A stretch of 64,000 bases of DNA, taken from Candidatus Latescibacterota bacterium. GTDB taxonomy: Bacteria; Latescibacterota; UBA2968; UBA8231. The stretch lies in assembly GCA_965217585.1 (NCBI GenBank), contig OZ244561.1:1137424-1201423 (forward strand). Direction: 5' to 3'. The notes below the pieces were generated by a model. The model saw only the letters and a program-made list of their open reading frames with translations. It was not told where the DNA came from and did no database searches. Positions 26,200-35,307 of the stretch are shown one piece after another; the first letter of the stretch is position 1; each line of letters begins with the position of its first letter. A program made the position numbers and the translations under genes.

Positions 26200-28187
26200 T
26201 GACCGCCCGCGCGCCCAGATTCCTCGCCGGCGCCTTCCTAGCGGTGCTTGGGGGACTAGCGCCGAGCAACGCCCAAGTCGAGGTGTGGCATATCGGTAAG
26301 GGGGGGCTTGCGTGGGTCTCGCAAGCCGAGACGCAGATCGGCGCGCTAGACGTCGATGGTGCCCTACAGCCCTTGCAGCTACAGACCGGGGAAAACCTCA
26401 TTGAGCTACTCCGCGCTTCGGGCCAACGCTTTCTCAACGGCCAACCCCGCGACTTCACCCTCGGTGGCCAGCCACGCGCGTGGTCCAACGACGGCTTCTT
26501 CAACCAACTCGCTGGCCCCCTCGACCTGATCGACGGCGATCCCGCGACCTCCTCGTCGGGCGTGTTCAAGACCGCGCAGAGCCAAGCCGGGGCGACGTTC
26601 TTCTGGGATTTGGGCGCACCCTTCCCAGTCAACCGCATTCGCTTCTTTCCCGCTCCCGACGATGACGCCTTTGTCAAAGCCTTTGAACTGCGGGTCAACG
26701 ACGGCGAAAACTTCAACGACATCAATCGGCCGCAATACGAACTCTTGCGGCGGGTAGAAGTCAACCGCGAATCCACAGTCGATATCGAATTTGCCCCCTT
26801 GCAGGGCCGCTTCCTCCAGCTACGCGTGCTGTCGAAGACGGTGTTCAACATCGCGGAGTTTGAAATCTACGGGCAGGGCTTTGTGCCGGTCGCTAGCTAC
26901 GAGTCGGCTCTGCACTCCTTTGGCGGCCCGGTCAACTACGGCCGCTTGCGCGTACACACCACGCATCTCGGAACGACCGGGGCTGCGACCGCGGCCATCC
27001 AGATGCGGACCGGAGCCGACGACAGCCCGCTGGCGTACTTTCGCCGCGACCGCGACACCGGTCGCCAGCAGGAGGTGCCCGCGGCCGAATACAACACCAG
27101 CCTGCCACGGCGCGCCCTGTTCCGCCAAGACGCGGTCACCGGCGAGCTATTAGAGGAACTGGACCGAGCCAGCTATCTCAATCTGCCGATTGAGGAGCAA
27201 GGGCCGGTGCGCGATTTTGTCAAGGGCGACATCCGCGACGACGTGGACAACTGGAGCGCGTGGTCGCCGAGCACGTATATCGCCGGCACGGGTATTGTTG
27301 AGGTGCCCATAGGGCTGCCCAGCCCGCGGGAATTCATGCAGTTCCGCATCCTCTTCGACGGCGACGCTGAAAACGCCGTGCGCATCGACACCTTTCAGGT
27401 GGAGTTTTCGCCTGGGCTGGTCAGCGAGGCCGTCGGCGAGGTGGCCCTCGCCAGCGATCCCTTTCCCGCCAGCGGCCTACTCGAAGTCGCAGGGGGCATC
27501 GACACGACCTTTACCTACGACATCCGCACCGAATTCGCAGCCGGCGTGGCCGGGTATCGCGGCGTCCGCATCGAAGCATTTCCACCGCCAATATTCGAGA
27601 GTCTGCAAATGGGCGACCCCCTCGCGGCCGTAGAAGACTTTGAATGGACGGAGACCGAGAGCGGCTTCGACGTTCTCTTCGCGCCCATCGCCGCCGACAA
27701 CAACCAGCCCCTGCGGATCACCTTCCGCCTGCGGCTGCTGGTGCACAATACCCCGATCAACGCCTATCTCCTCGGCGCAGGGAGCGTCCCACCGCATCCC
27801 ATCGCCCCGGGCAATGCCAGCGAATTAGTGGGCACGAACGCGACCAACGCCTTTGTGACTCAGGCGCAGCCCGAGCTGCAACTAGCACTTTCAACGGCTA
27901 TCATCTCACCTAATGGCGACGGCCGCAACGATGCCGTCGCCATTGACCTCGTGTTGTCCCAGTTTGCCGCGGATACGGCAGTCGCCGTCGAGATCTTCGA
28001 CCTTAGCGGACGCCGGGTGCGGCAGCTAGTCTCCCAACCGCGGGCCGCCGGTTTTTACTCCGAAATCTGGGATGGCCGCGACGAACAAGGCGGTTTGGTC
28101 GCACCGGGCTTGTACCTCTGCCGCGTCGGCGTGGACGCCGACTTCGACGTGTTTGCCGCAGTAGAGCCGATAGGGGTGGCCTATTGA
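26199..28187 (+). CDS. Secreted discoidin(F5/8-C)-like protein with a FlgD-Ig/T9SS-CTD-like C-terminus (paralogue P1)
   Basis: Signal peptide ...GGLAPSNAQ. Discoidin-like LIDGDPATSS...FFWDLGAPFPVNRIRFF...IAEFEIYGQGF. NWSAWS motif. C-terminus ISPNGDGRNDAV...VEIFDLSGRRVRQL...WDGRDEQGGLVAPGLYLCRV...VGVAY. Confidence 0.8.
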   Translation: MTARAPRFLAGAFLAVLGGLAPSNAQVEVWHIGKGGLAWVSQAETQIGALDVDGALQPLQLQTGENLIELLRASGQRFLNGQPRDFTLGGQPRAWSNDGFFNQLAGPLDLIDGDPATSSSGVFKTAQSQAGATFFWDLGAPFPVNRIRFFPAPDDDAFVKAFELRVNDGENFNDINRPQYELLRRVEVNRESTVDIEFAPLQGRFLQLRVLSKTVFNIAEFEIYGQGFVPVASYESALHSFGGPVNYGRLRVHTTHLGTTGAATAAIQMRTGADDSPLAYFRRDRDTGRQQEVPAAEYNTSLPRRALFRQDAVTGELLEELDRASYLNLPIEEQGPVRDFVKGDIRDDVDNWSAWSPSTYIAGTGIVEVPIGLPSPREFMQFRILFDGDAENAVRIDTFQVEFSPGLVSEAVGEVALASDPFPASGLLEVAGGIDTTFTYDIRTEFAAGVAGYRGVRIEAFPPPIFESLQMGDPLAAVEDFEWTETESGFDVLFAPIAADNNQPLRITFRLRLLVHNTPINAYLLGAGSVPPHPIAPGNASELVGTNATNAFVTQAQPELQLALSTAIISPNGDGRNDAVAIDLVLSQFAADTAVAVEIFDLSGRRVRQLVSQPRAAGFYSEIWDGRDEQGGLVAPGLYLCRVGVDADFDVFAAVEPIGVAY

Positions 28188-28201
28188 CTGCGGTGAGCAA
28201 C

Positions 28202-30241
28202 ATGCGGTGGCTGGTGCTGATCCTCATCAGCAGCAGTCCAGTGGCGGCGCAGACGCCCTCGGCTTGGGTCATAGGGGGCACAAGCGGCGAGCCTTGGGCT
28301 GAGGCGGTGGAGCGCTGGATCGCCCTCGACGACACGGTGCGCTCCGGGGCGATTCAGCCGCGAGCGATTCCCCTAGGCCACACGGTTACTCGCCAACTCG
28401 TGCGCACCGGCATTGCCACGACCCAGCGCAACCTCTTTGGCTATCGCTGGAGTTTGCACAAGGGGCCGCGCCAGATCGAGGCCGACACCTTAGAGGTCGG
28501 GTGGCACCCGCGCCTGTGGCAGGGGGGCGGAACCAACGCCCTCGCCGCAGAGGTTATGCGCGGGCTAGTCGATGGCGACGAGCTAACCGCGGCTTTTACC
28601 CACAGGGCACGGGCCGATGGCCGCCCCAACAGCACGCAGTTCATCACGCTCGACTTGGGCGTGCCAGTGCCCATTGACAGCATCGTGTTTTTTCCGCCGC
28701 AGACCGGGCTGACCAGCGGCAACCAGCGGCAGCGCGAGCTGTTCGCCCGTGCCTATGAAGTTAGCCGGACCAACGTGCCGGTCGAATGGCTGATCTTTGA
28801 GGACGAAACCTCATCAACTGGATCGGCGGGCTACCACCCGCTCGACGAGATTCTCGCCAGCACCTTTGCCAACAACACCAGCGTCGTCTCCCTCGCACCG
28901 GAGCTGCGCTTTACCCGCTTTCTCCGCTTCAAGTTCGGAGAAGTTTCCACCACGACCTTGCTGGCCGAAATCGAGGTCTTTGGCCGCGGCTACCCCCAAG
29001 AGGCCCGCTACATCTCCGCACCCCATTCTTTCGGCCAAGCCGTGAGCCTGGGACGGGTCGCGTGGAAATTCACTCGCTATCGCCAATTGCCTTCCGGCGC
29101 GATCACCGCCGACCCCACCGCACCGGTGCAGCTAAACTTGCAGACCCGCGCTGGCTTCGACGACGATCCCAAGACGTACTTCATCTTCGACGACCTTGGC
29201 CGACTGGTGGAAGTAGATGAGAAGACTTATTTCGACTCGCCGCGGGTGGTGGAACGATTTTCCGAGGGGATCGCCGGCTTCCGGGCCAAGCGCGACGACG
29301 ACGTAAAAAACTGGAACAACTGGTCGGTCGTTTACCAAGCGTCGGGCGACGAGATCCGCTCCTCTGACGGGGCCGAGTTCCTCCAGTTTCGCTTTACCAT
29401 CACCACCGAAGACCCGCTGGCCTTTGGCGTACTCGACAGCTTGGCTTTTGCGGTCTCGCCACTGTTGGCCGACCGCGCGCTGGCGGAAATTGCCCTCGAC
29501 GGGCGCGCCGATGCGGACGGGGCCATCGAGGTGCCGCTCGGGGTCGTCCAGCGCTTTGTCTATCACATTCGCACGGTGGCTGGCACAACCGACCGCGCGG
29601 GGTTCGACGGCATCGAGTTAGAGGTCCCTCCGGCCAGCCGCTTCCTCGACCTGACTATCGACGACCAGCCAGCGGCCGAGGGCGTGGATTTTTCCCTCGC
29701 CGCCAGCGACGGGCGGTTGCGCTTTACCTTTCCCACGGCGATCAAGGAAGACAAGGCGTTTCGCGTGCGCTTTCAAGGCGCGGTCTTCCAGCCATCAGTC
29801 TTTTTGGCCAGCCGCCTTTTTAACACCTCGGCGGCGAGCTTACCGCAGTCCATTGAAGCTGGAGACGCCCACGCCGACATAGCCAGCAACAGCATCCAAG
29901 TCGTCTCCAGCGACGAGGCTTTGGGCATTCTCGGGGCGATTGGGCTATCTGCCCCCGTGGTCTCGCCCAACGGCGATGGGGTCAACGAGCAGGTCGCCAT
30001 TGGATTCGACTTGTTCGGCGTTGCTGGGGGCGCGTTGCGGGTAGAGGTGCGCGACCTGAGTGGTCGTCGCTGCGCCGCGATTTTGGACGCGCGGGCCGCC
30101 GCCGGGCCGTACGCGCTGCGGTGGGATGCGCGGGACGAGCAGGGGAAACTCGTGCCTCCAGGGCTGTACCTAATCCGCATCGAGGTCGAGGTCGATCGCG
30201 GCACCTTCGCCCGCATGCAAGCGGTCGGGGTCGCGTACTGA
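28202..30241 (+). CDS. Secreted discoidin-like protein with a FlgD-Ig/T9SS-CTD-like C-terminus (paralogue P2)
   Basis: ATG 28202 gives signal peptide MRWLVLILISSSPVAAQ. Motifs LVDGDELT...ITLDLGVPVPIDSIVFF...LAEIEVFGRGY and NWNNWS. C-terminus VSPNGDGVNEQV...VEVRDLSGRR...WDARDEQGKLVPPGLYLIRI...VGVAY. Confidence 0.8.
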   Translation: MRWLVLILISSSPVAAQTPSAWVIGGTSGEPWAEAVERWIALDDTVRSGAIQPRAIPLGHTVTRQLVRTGIATTQRNLFGYRWSLHKGPRQIEADTLEVGWHPRLWQGGGTNALAAEVMRGLVDGDELTAAFTHRARADGRPNSTQFITLDLGVPVPIDSIVFFPPQTGLTSGNQRQRELFARAYEVSRTNVPVEWLIFEDETSSTGSAGYHPLDEILASTFANNTSVVSLAPELRFTRFLRFKFGEVSTTTLLAEIEVFGRGYPQEARYISAPHSFGQAVSLGRVAWKFTRYRQLPSGAITADPTAPVQLNLQTRAGFDDDPKTYFIFDDLGRLVEVDEKTYFDSPRVVERFSEGIAGFRAKRDDDVKNWNNWSVVYQASGDEIRSSDGAEFLQFRFTITTEDPLAFGVLDSLAFAVSPLLADRALAEIALDGRADADGAIEVPLGVVQRFVYHIRTVAGTTDRAGFDGIELEVPPASRFLDLTIDDQPAAEGVDFSLAASDGRLRFTFPTAIKEDKAFRVRFQGAVFQPSVFLASRLFNTSAASLPQSIEAGDAHADIASNSIQVVSSDEALGILGAIGLSAPVVSPNGDGVNEQVAIGFDLFGVAGGALRVEVRDLSGRRCAAILDARAAAGPYALRWDARDEQGKLVPPGLYLIRIEVEVDRGTFARMQAVGVAY

Positions 30242-30251
30242 TGGAGACACT

Positions 30252-32609
30252 ATGAAAACTCTACTGCTAGCAGTTGCTTCCCTCCTGCTTATGGCCGCGG
30301 CGAGCGGCCAGAACCTGCGCTTTGCCGGGTCCGACTTTGCTTCTTGGGCCCATCCGCAGGGGCTGGTCGAGGTCTTGCCGCAAGGCATTGAGGTGAAGCG
30401 CTTTGAGCAGCGGTTCAACGCGGTGGCCAACGCCCGCGAGTTTTCCTCTAAGGCCATCGGCGACTACGGGCAGCGCTTTGTGCGCACGCCGTCCAACCAG
30501 CAGCAGGCGGACCTGGCCGGCGACCAAGACCCCAACACTTGGTGGCAGCCCGACCCGGACACCCCGGTGCAGTTGTGGTGGCTGGAGCTGGACTTGGGGC
30601 GCACCGTGGTGGCCGACAAGGTGCGCGTCCGCTTTCCCAACCGCGAGGAGGCCAAGCCCTTTAGCTTTTTCTCGGTGTACGTCAGCCCGGGCATTCCGGT
30701 CTTCGGCGGCCGGGCCAAGCGCATCGTCTATCGCCGGCTGGGTAGGCCGGTCAACAACAACACCGAATCACTAGTCGAATTTGACCTCACCACGACCGGC
30801 CTCGCCTCGGCCACGGGCGAGTACCTGAGCGCGAGCGAGGTCCTCGACTTCGACATCGTGCGCTTTGTGCGCTTTGAAGCGGCCGGCGCAACGCCCGATG
30901 CCGCGCTCGCCGAAATAGAGGTGGACGGCATTGGCTTCAACCTCTCCTCCATGGTGCAGACCGAAGATCGGACCGAGCACTGGGGAGGACGGACGTGGAC
31001 GTCCAAGCACCGCGACTGCCAAGGCTGCGGCAAGGGCAGCGGGTCCCAGGCCCTCATCGACCAAGACGTGGGATTTCGCGGGTGGAATATCGAGGGGTCA
31101 GACAAGGGCAACTGGCGCGATTCAGGCGTCTGGTCCGTCGTCGATTTCGGCAACGTCTTCCGCGTCGATCGCCTCATCTGGATGCCGATTGTGTCGGGCC
31201 GCGGCCCGTTCCTCTACGGATTCCAGCGCGACAAGCAGGGCAGTTGGCCCAGTTTCGATTTCTTCGCCTCCGACGGCACCCCCAGCAACAGCGCCGATCC
31301 AGTCGTCGAAGGCCCTTTCCACTACGACTTGCTGTCGTCCGTGGCCAACTCCGGCCGCTATCTGTTCGACTTCCAGTTCGAGCCACGCGCGTTGCGGCTG
31401 CTGATGTGGCGCGTGACGCGGCCTCAGCAGTTCCACCGCGCCGTCCAGCTCTTCGTCTTCCACAGCGAGGGCTATCCCGTGCAAATCGAGCTGGAGTCCG
31501 CAGACATTTTCCTCGGCGGCGCCCGCAGCATGCGCTTCGTCGAATGGGACGCCGACCTGCCGCCCGGAACCCGCATCGAAGTGGAAACCCAGACTGGCAA
31601 TGGCTTTCAGACCATCAAGCGCTACTTCCTAACCAACGGCAAAGAAGTAACTAAACAAGCCTACGAGGCGGCCAAGTCCCGCAACCGAGCCGACATCGTC
31701 GAGGAACGGGTGCGCGACGACACCTGGAGCGCGTATAGCCAACCCCACCGGTTCTCCGGGCAGGCATTCCTCTCGCCGTCGCCACGGCAGTGGCTGCGGG
31801 CACGGGTGCGGCTCATCAGCGACGATCCAGCGGCCTTCCCCACCCTGCGCTCGCTCACGTTTGTGGCCAACGCGCCGATAATCACGGCTGGACTAACGGG
31901 CCGCGTCTTCCCCCGCGAAGCCCCCATGGACACCTTGCAGATGTTTCGCTACACCATCGCGCCGGTGGCCTTCAACAGCCGCGACGCTGGGTTCGACCGC
32001 GCACTCATCCTCCTCCCGCCCGGCGGCGGCCGTGACGCCGCATTTATCGGCGCATCCGTAGGAGGAGCCGAGGTCGCGGCCACCGGCTTGGTGCGGGGAG
32101 ATTCTCTCTTAGTGGAACTGCCGCCGCCGCTGGTCCGGCGGGATTCGGTCGCCATCGCCTTTTCCACGCGCCTGTCCCACAGCCCCACGGTATTTAACGC
32201 GTTCGTTTTTAACTCGACCGCAGAAGATAACCTCCAAGGCGTTGTCCCCGCCGAGTTCGGCGCTGACTTGGTCTTCGTGCCCGAGGCGGTCGCCAGCGGC
32301 TCGTTCATCCGCAATGTCGAGCACACCCGCTCGATAACCCCCAACGGCGATGGCGCAAACGACCAATGCGAACTGCAATTCACCATCGTCAAGACTGAGC
32401 AAGCACCGCAAGTACAGATCTTTACCCTAGATGGCCGGCCCGTGGTCGAACTGGCTAGCCAAGGCACACCGGGGCGGCGCTTCTACTACGTCTGGGACGG
32501 ACGGAGCGCCGACCGCGCAGTGCCGCCCGGCATCTACGTCCTGCGCATTGCCATAGAAGCCGATGCCCGCGCCGACCGCGTTTACAGGCTTGTACATGTC
32601 GTTTATTAA
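30252..32609 (+). CDS. Secreted discoidin-like protein with a FlgD-Ig/T9SS-CTD-like C-terminus (paralogue P3)
   Basis: Signal peptide MKTLLLAVASLLLMAAASGQ. Motif WWLELDLGRTVVADKVRVRF...LAEIEVDGIGF. C-terminus ITPNGDGANDQC...IFTLDGRPV...WDGRSADRAVPPGIYVLRI...VHVVY. GGAG RBS. Confidence 0.8.
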   Translation: MKTLLLAVASLLLMAAASGQNLRFAGSDFASWAHPQGLVEVLPQGIEVKRFEQRFNAVANAREFSSKAIGDYGQRFVRTPSNQQQADLAGDQDPNTWWQPDPDTPVQLWWLELDLGRTVVADKVRVRFPNREEAKPFSFFSVYVSPGIPVFGGRAKRIVYRRLGRPVNNNTESLVEFDLTTTGLASATGEYLSASEVLDFDIVRFVRFEAAGATPDAALAEIEVDGIGFNLSSMVQTEDRTEHWGGRTWTSKHRDCQGCGKGSGSQALIDQDVGFRGWNIEGSDKGNWRDSGVWSVVDFGNVFRVDRLIWMPIVSGRGPFLYGFQRDKQGSWPSFDFFASDGTPSNSADPVVEGPFHYDLLSSVANSGRYLFDFQFEPRALRLLMWRVTRPQQFHRAVQLFVFHSEGYPVQIELESADIFLGGARSMRFVEWDADLPPGTRIEVETQTGNGFQTIKRYFLTNGKEVTKQAYEAAKSRNRADIVEERVRDDTWSAYSQPHRFSGQAFLSPSPRQWLRARVRLISDDPAAFPTLRSLTFVANAPIITAGLTGRVFPREAPMDTLQMFRYTIAPVAFNSRDAGFDRALILLPPGGGRDAAFIGASVGGAEVAATGLVRGDSLLVELPPPLVRRDSVAIAFSTRLSHSPTVFNAFVFNSTAEDNLQGVVPAEFGADLVFVPEAVASGSFIRNVEHTRSITPNGDGANDQCELQFTIVKTEQAPQVQIFTLDGRPVVELASQGTPGRRFYYVWDGRSADRAVPPGIYVLRIAIEADARADRVYRLVHVVY

Positions 32610-32622
32610 GAGGGAGTGCACT

Positions 32623-35268
32623 GTGAGACGTCGAATCTCCACACTACTAATTTGTCTATTCGCTTGGACGCCGCCGCAAGAGGCCAGCGCCCAACGCGCC
32701 ACTGGGTACGACAATCCCTATTACACCACAGGCGCTGAAGTCTCTCCGGCGACCCTCGTGCCCTCGGTGCGCAAGTGGTATCTGCCGCAGCGGCTGTACT
32801 CGCTGTACGACTGGCGGCAAGAGCAATACTCCAACTACGCCCGCGACCACTACGAGCGCTACACCGATGTCTTTTTGGAAGGCTCGCCGTTCTACGACGT
32901 GTACGGCGATTACATCACCCAAGGCTGGCTGGTGTACGACTGGACCGAAGACTACCCAGAAGACAACGGCAGCATCATTACCAAAAATCCGCGCTTTCGT
33001 TCGTGGTTCAACAACCTGCTCGTATCGTCGAGCCATTCCGGGGAGTTCTACTCGGCCCTGATGGTCGGCGACGGCATCCGCACGGCCCTGACCCCCCTGA
33101 CGTTTTCCAAGCCGCGCTTCGACGGCATTCAGTGGGACCTTATAACCGACAAGTACGCCCTGACCATGCTATCGTCGCGGGTCAGCAACACTGGCGAAAT
33201 TTCCTCCAGTGAAGTCGGGGGTGGCGTCCAGGCCAATACCTTCACCACCCTGATGGCCGCTAGGGGACGGGTGCAGGTCGGGGATTTTGCCGCCCTCGGC
33301 GCGACCTTTGTCAATGCGGCGCATCGCAACTCCAACCTGCCGTTTGGCGACAACTCGCTCAGCGGCTTGCTCAGCGGCCCAATGAACTCGGACTTTGTGC
33401 GCTCCATCGTCGTGCGCATTTCCGACGATTCGCCCGAAGACGGCGAGGGTGGCGCGCTGCTGTCGCGCTGGCGCATCTTCATCGATGGCGTCGAGCACAC
33501 CGGAGACATCGTCCCCGTGGTCGAAGGCGGCATTCGCCGCGGCGGCGCGATTGTGGCCAGCGGCACGGATGTCATCACCCTGACCTATAACATCGAAGAC
33601 TTCTCCCCGAGTACAGAAGACGCCATCGACGATTTCCGCGAGATCAAGCGCATTGAAATCGGCCTCGTACTGGCCAACGACTACAAGGTCGAAGTAACCT
33701 CCAACAAGCAAACCAACAACCTCGGCACGCCCGTATTCCTGCCGGTGTTGCGCGCAGCCGGCAACGTCAAGGATGGCTCGAATCAGGCATTTCACCGGTT
33801 CAGCTACGGCCTGCCGACCGGGACCCGCATGTTGGGCTTCGACCTCGCCATTGCCGACCTGCAAGGCTTTGACTTCCGGGGCGAGTTCGTCCGCAACTTT
33901 CAGTACCGCCGCTTTCCCAACGAGAACGTGGCCAAGAATCAGACGCTGGCCACCAACGAGGCCCAAGCCCTGTACGCGACCGCGCAGAAACGCAACTATC
34001 CCTATACGTTTTTCGCCGAGGTTTTCAGCATCGACTCAGATTACTCCACCCGCGCCTTTATGCCCAACGCCGAGGGACACGTGTATTACGACAACGAGCA
34101 GCGGCACCTGTACGAATTCGTCGATGACAACGACGATCAGGACGAGCTGCCGGACTGGCCGCGGCGCACGTTCGGCAGCCGCGTCAACACTCGGCAGGGG
34201 CAGAATCTGCTGACCGACGCCGCGGTCTTCCCGGGCATTGACGAGAACAACGACGACATTTCGGATTTCAACCGGAACTTCAACACCCAGCCCGACTACG
34301 CGGAGCCGTTTCTGCGCTTTGAGGTGGACCCGCCGGAATTTTTGTTTGGCATGGACATGAACAGCAACGGCGTCATCGACCGCTTCGAGGACGACGGGGA
34401 AGCCGATTACCCCTACAAGCTGGGCCGCCGGGGACTCAACACCTATGCAGCCGTCGAAATCCTGCCCCGCACGACCGTCATGGTTGGCTATCTCGACCAG
34501 CGACTGCTAGATACGGCCCGGGAAAACCAAGCTGCCTACCTGCTGCTGACCGCGAAAAAGGAATTTCCCGCAAAGGATTTCAGCGCGTGGCTGATTGCCA
34601 ATCCGCGCAAGGTCCGAGACGACATTCCCGACGATGTGCTGTTGTGGCGCGACCTGCCCGGCACGCGCGGCCGTTCGGTCTTCACCCGCGACCTTCTGCC
34701 AGCACGCGACGCCTTCGTCAATACCACGTACCTCGAAGTACACTACGACCGCTACCTGCCATTGACGGCCAAGGTCAAACACGAATTCTATCAGCAATTG
34801 GGGAATCAGCAAGACGAGTTGCGCGACCAGAGCTTCTTGGGCATCGTCGTCAAAGGCGAGTACTCCACCCACATTCGCGGCTGGACTATGGTGCCCAAGT
34901 GGAAACAGCTTTACAACAACGAGGTGCCGGCGCAGCGCAGCGCGCTCAAAATACGCGAGCTAACGGAAATTTTCTCGCTGCAAGCCGTGCGCCGCATCAA
35001 CCGCAACATGCGCTTCATCGCCGGGGCCGAGTGCGAGCTGTTCAACAATCTCCGCCCCAAGCCAGACCCCCTGCCCTCGGGCTACCTCCTCGACGGCACC
35101 ACGTGGGTACTCGCCGGCCAAGTCGCCAACGACTCCGCGTACTTGGGCTATGCCCTGACGGCCAATGTCGGCGCGCGCTGGATCCGCAACAACCTCGACG
35201 GGTCGCCGGCTTCGTCCGAGCTGCTTTCCTTCATCACGGTGTACGCGGGCTTGGGCACGGAACGCTAG
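32623..35268 (+). CDS. Large putative outer-membrane protein (~880 aa), last gene of the discoidin operon
   Basis: GTG 32623 lies 6 nt after GAGGGAG and gives signal peptide VRRRISTLLICLFAWTPPQEASAQ. Aromatic-rich beta-strand segments. An Asp/Asn-rich putative Ca-binding stretch (GIDENNDDISDFNRN...MDMNSNGVIDRFEDDGEADY). Confidence 0.7.
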   Translation: MRRRISTLLICLFAWTPPQEASAQRATGYDNPYYTTGAEVSPATLVPSVRKWYLPQRLYSLYDWRQEQYSNYARDHYERYTDVFLEGSPFYDVYGDYITQGWLVYDWTEDYPEDNGSIITKNPRFRSWFNNLLVSSSHSGEFYSALMVGDGIRTALTPLTFSKPRFDGIQWDLITDKYALTMLSSRVSNTGEISSSEVGGGVQANTFTTLMAARGRVQVGDFAALGATFVNAAHRNSNLPFGDNSLSGLLSGPMNSDFVRSIVVRISDDSPEDGEGGALLSRWRIFIDGVEHTGDIVPVVEGGIRRGGAIVASGTDVITLTYNIEDFSPSTEDAIDDFREIKRIEIGLVLANDYKVEVTSNKQTNNLGTPVFLPVLRAAGNVKDGSNQAFHRFSYGLPTGTRMLGFDLAIADLQGFDFRGEFVRNFQYRRFPNENVAKNQTLATNEAQALYATAQKRNYPYTFFAEVFSIDSDYSTRAFMPNAEGHVYYDNEQRHLYEFVDDNDDQDELPDWPRRTFGSRVNTRQGQNLLTDAAVFPGIDENNDDISDFNRNFNTQPDYAEPFLRFEVDPPEFLFGMDMNSNGVIDRFEDDGEADYPYKLGRRGLNTYAAVEILPRTTVMVGYLDQRLLDTARENQAAYLLLTAKKEFPAKDFSAWLIANPRKVRDDIPDDVLLWRDLPGTRGRSVFTRDLLPARDAFVNTTYLEVHYDRYLPLTAKVKHEFYQQLGNQQDELRDQSFLGIVVKGEYSTHIRGWTMVPKWKQLYNNEVPAQRSALKIRELTEIFSLQAVRRINRNMRFIAGAECELFNNLRPKPDPLPSGYLLDGTTWVLAGQVANDSAYLGYALTANVGARWIRNNLDGSPASSELLSFITVYAGLGTER

Positions 35269-35307
35269 GTTCGATTTCACCTGTGGTTTAAGAAAGGAGT
35301 ATGGATC

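Noticed and set aside
26199-32609. Interpreting P1-P3 as flagellar hook-capping (FlgD) proteins.
   Set aside because: Only the generic FlgD-Ig-like beta-sandwich is shared. No flagellar genes are nearby, and the proteins have signal peptides and discoidin-like domains.
33169-33966. 265-aa antisense ORF inside the 880-aa OM-protein gene.
   Set aside because: It is an off-strand shadow ORF of a high-G+C gene, with low-complexity Gly/Ala/Val/Arg content and no start context.
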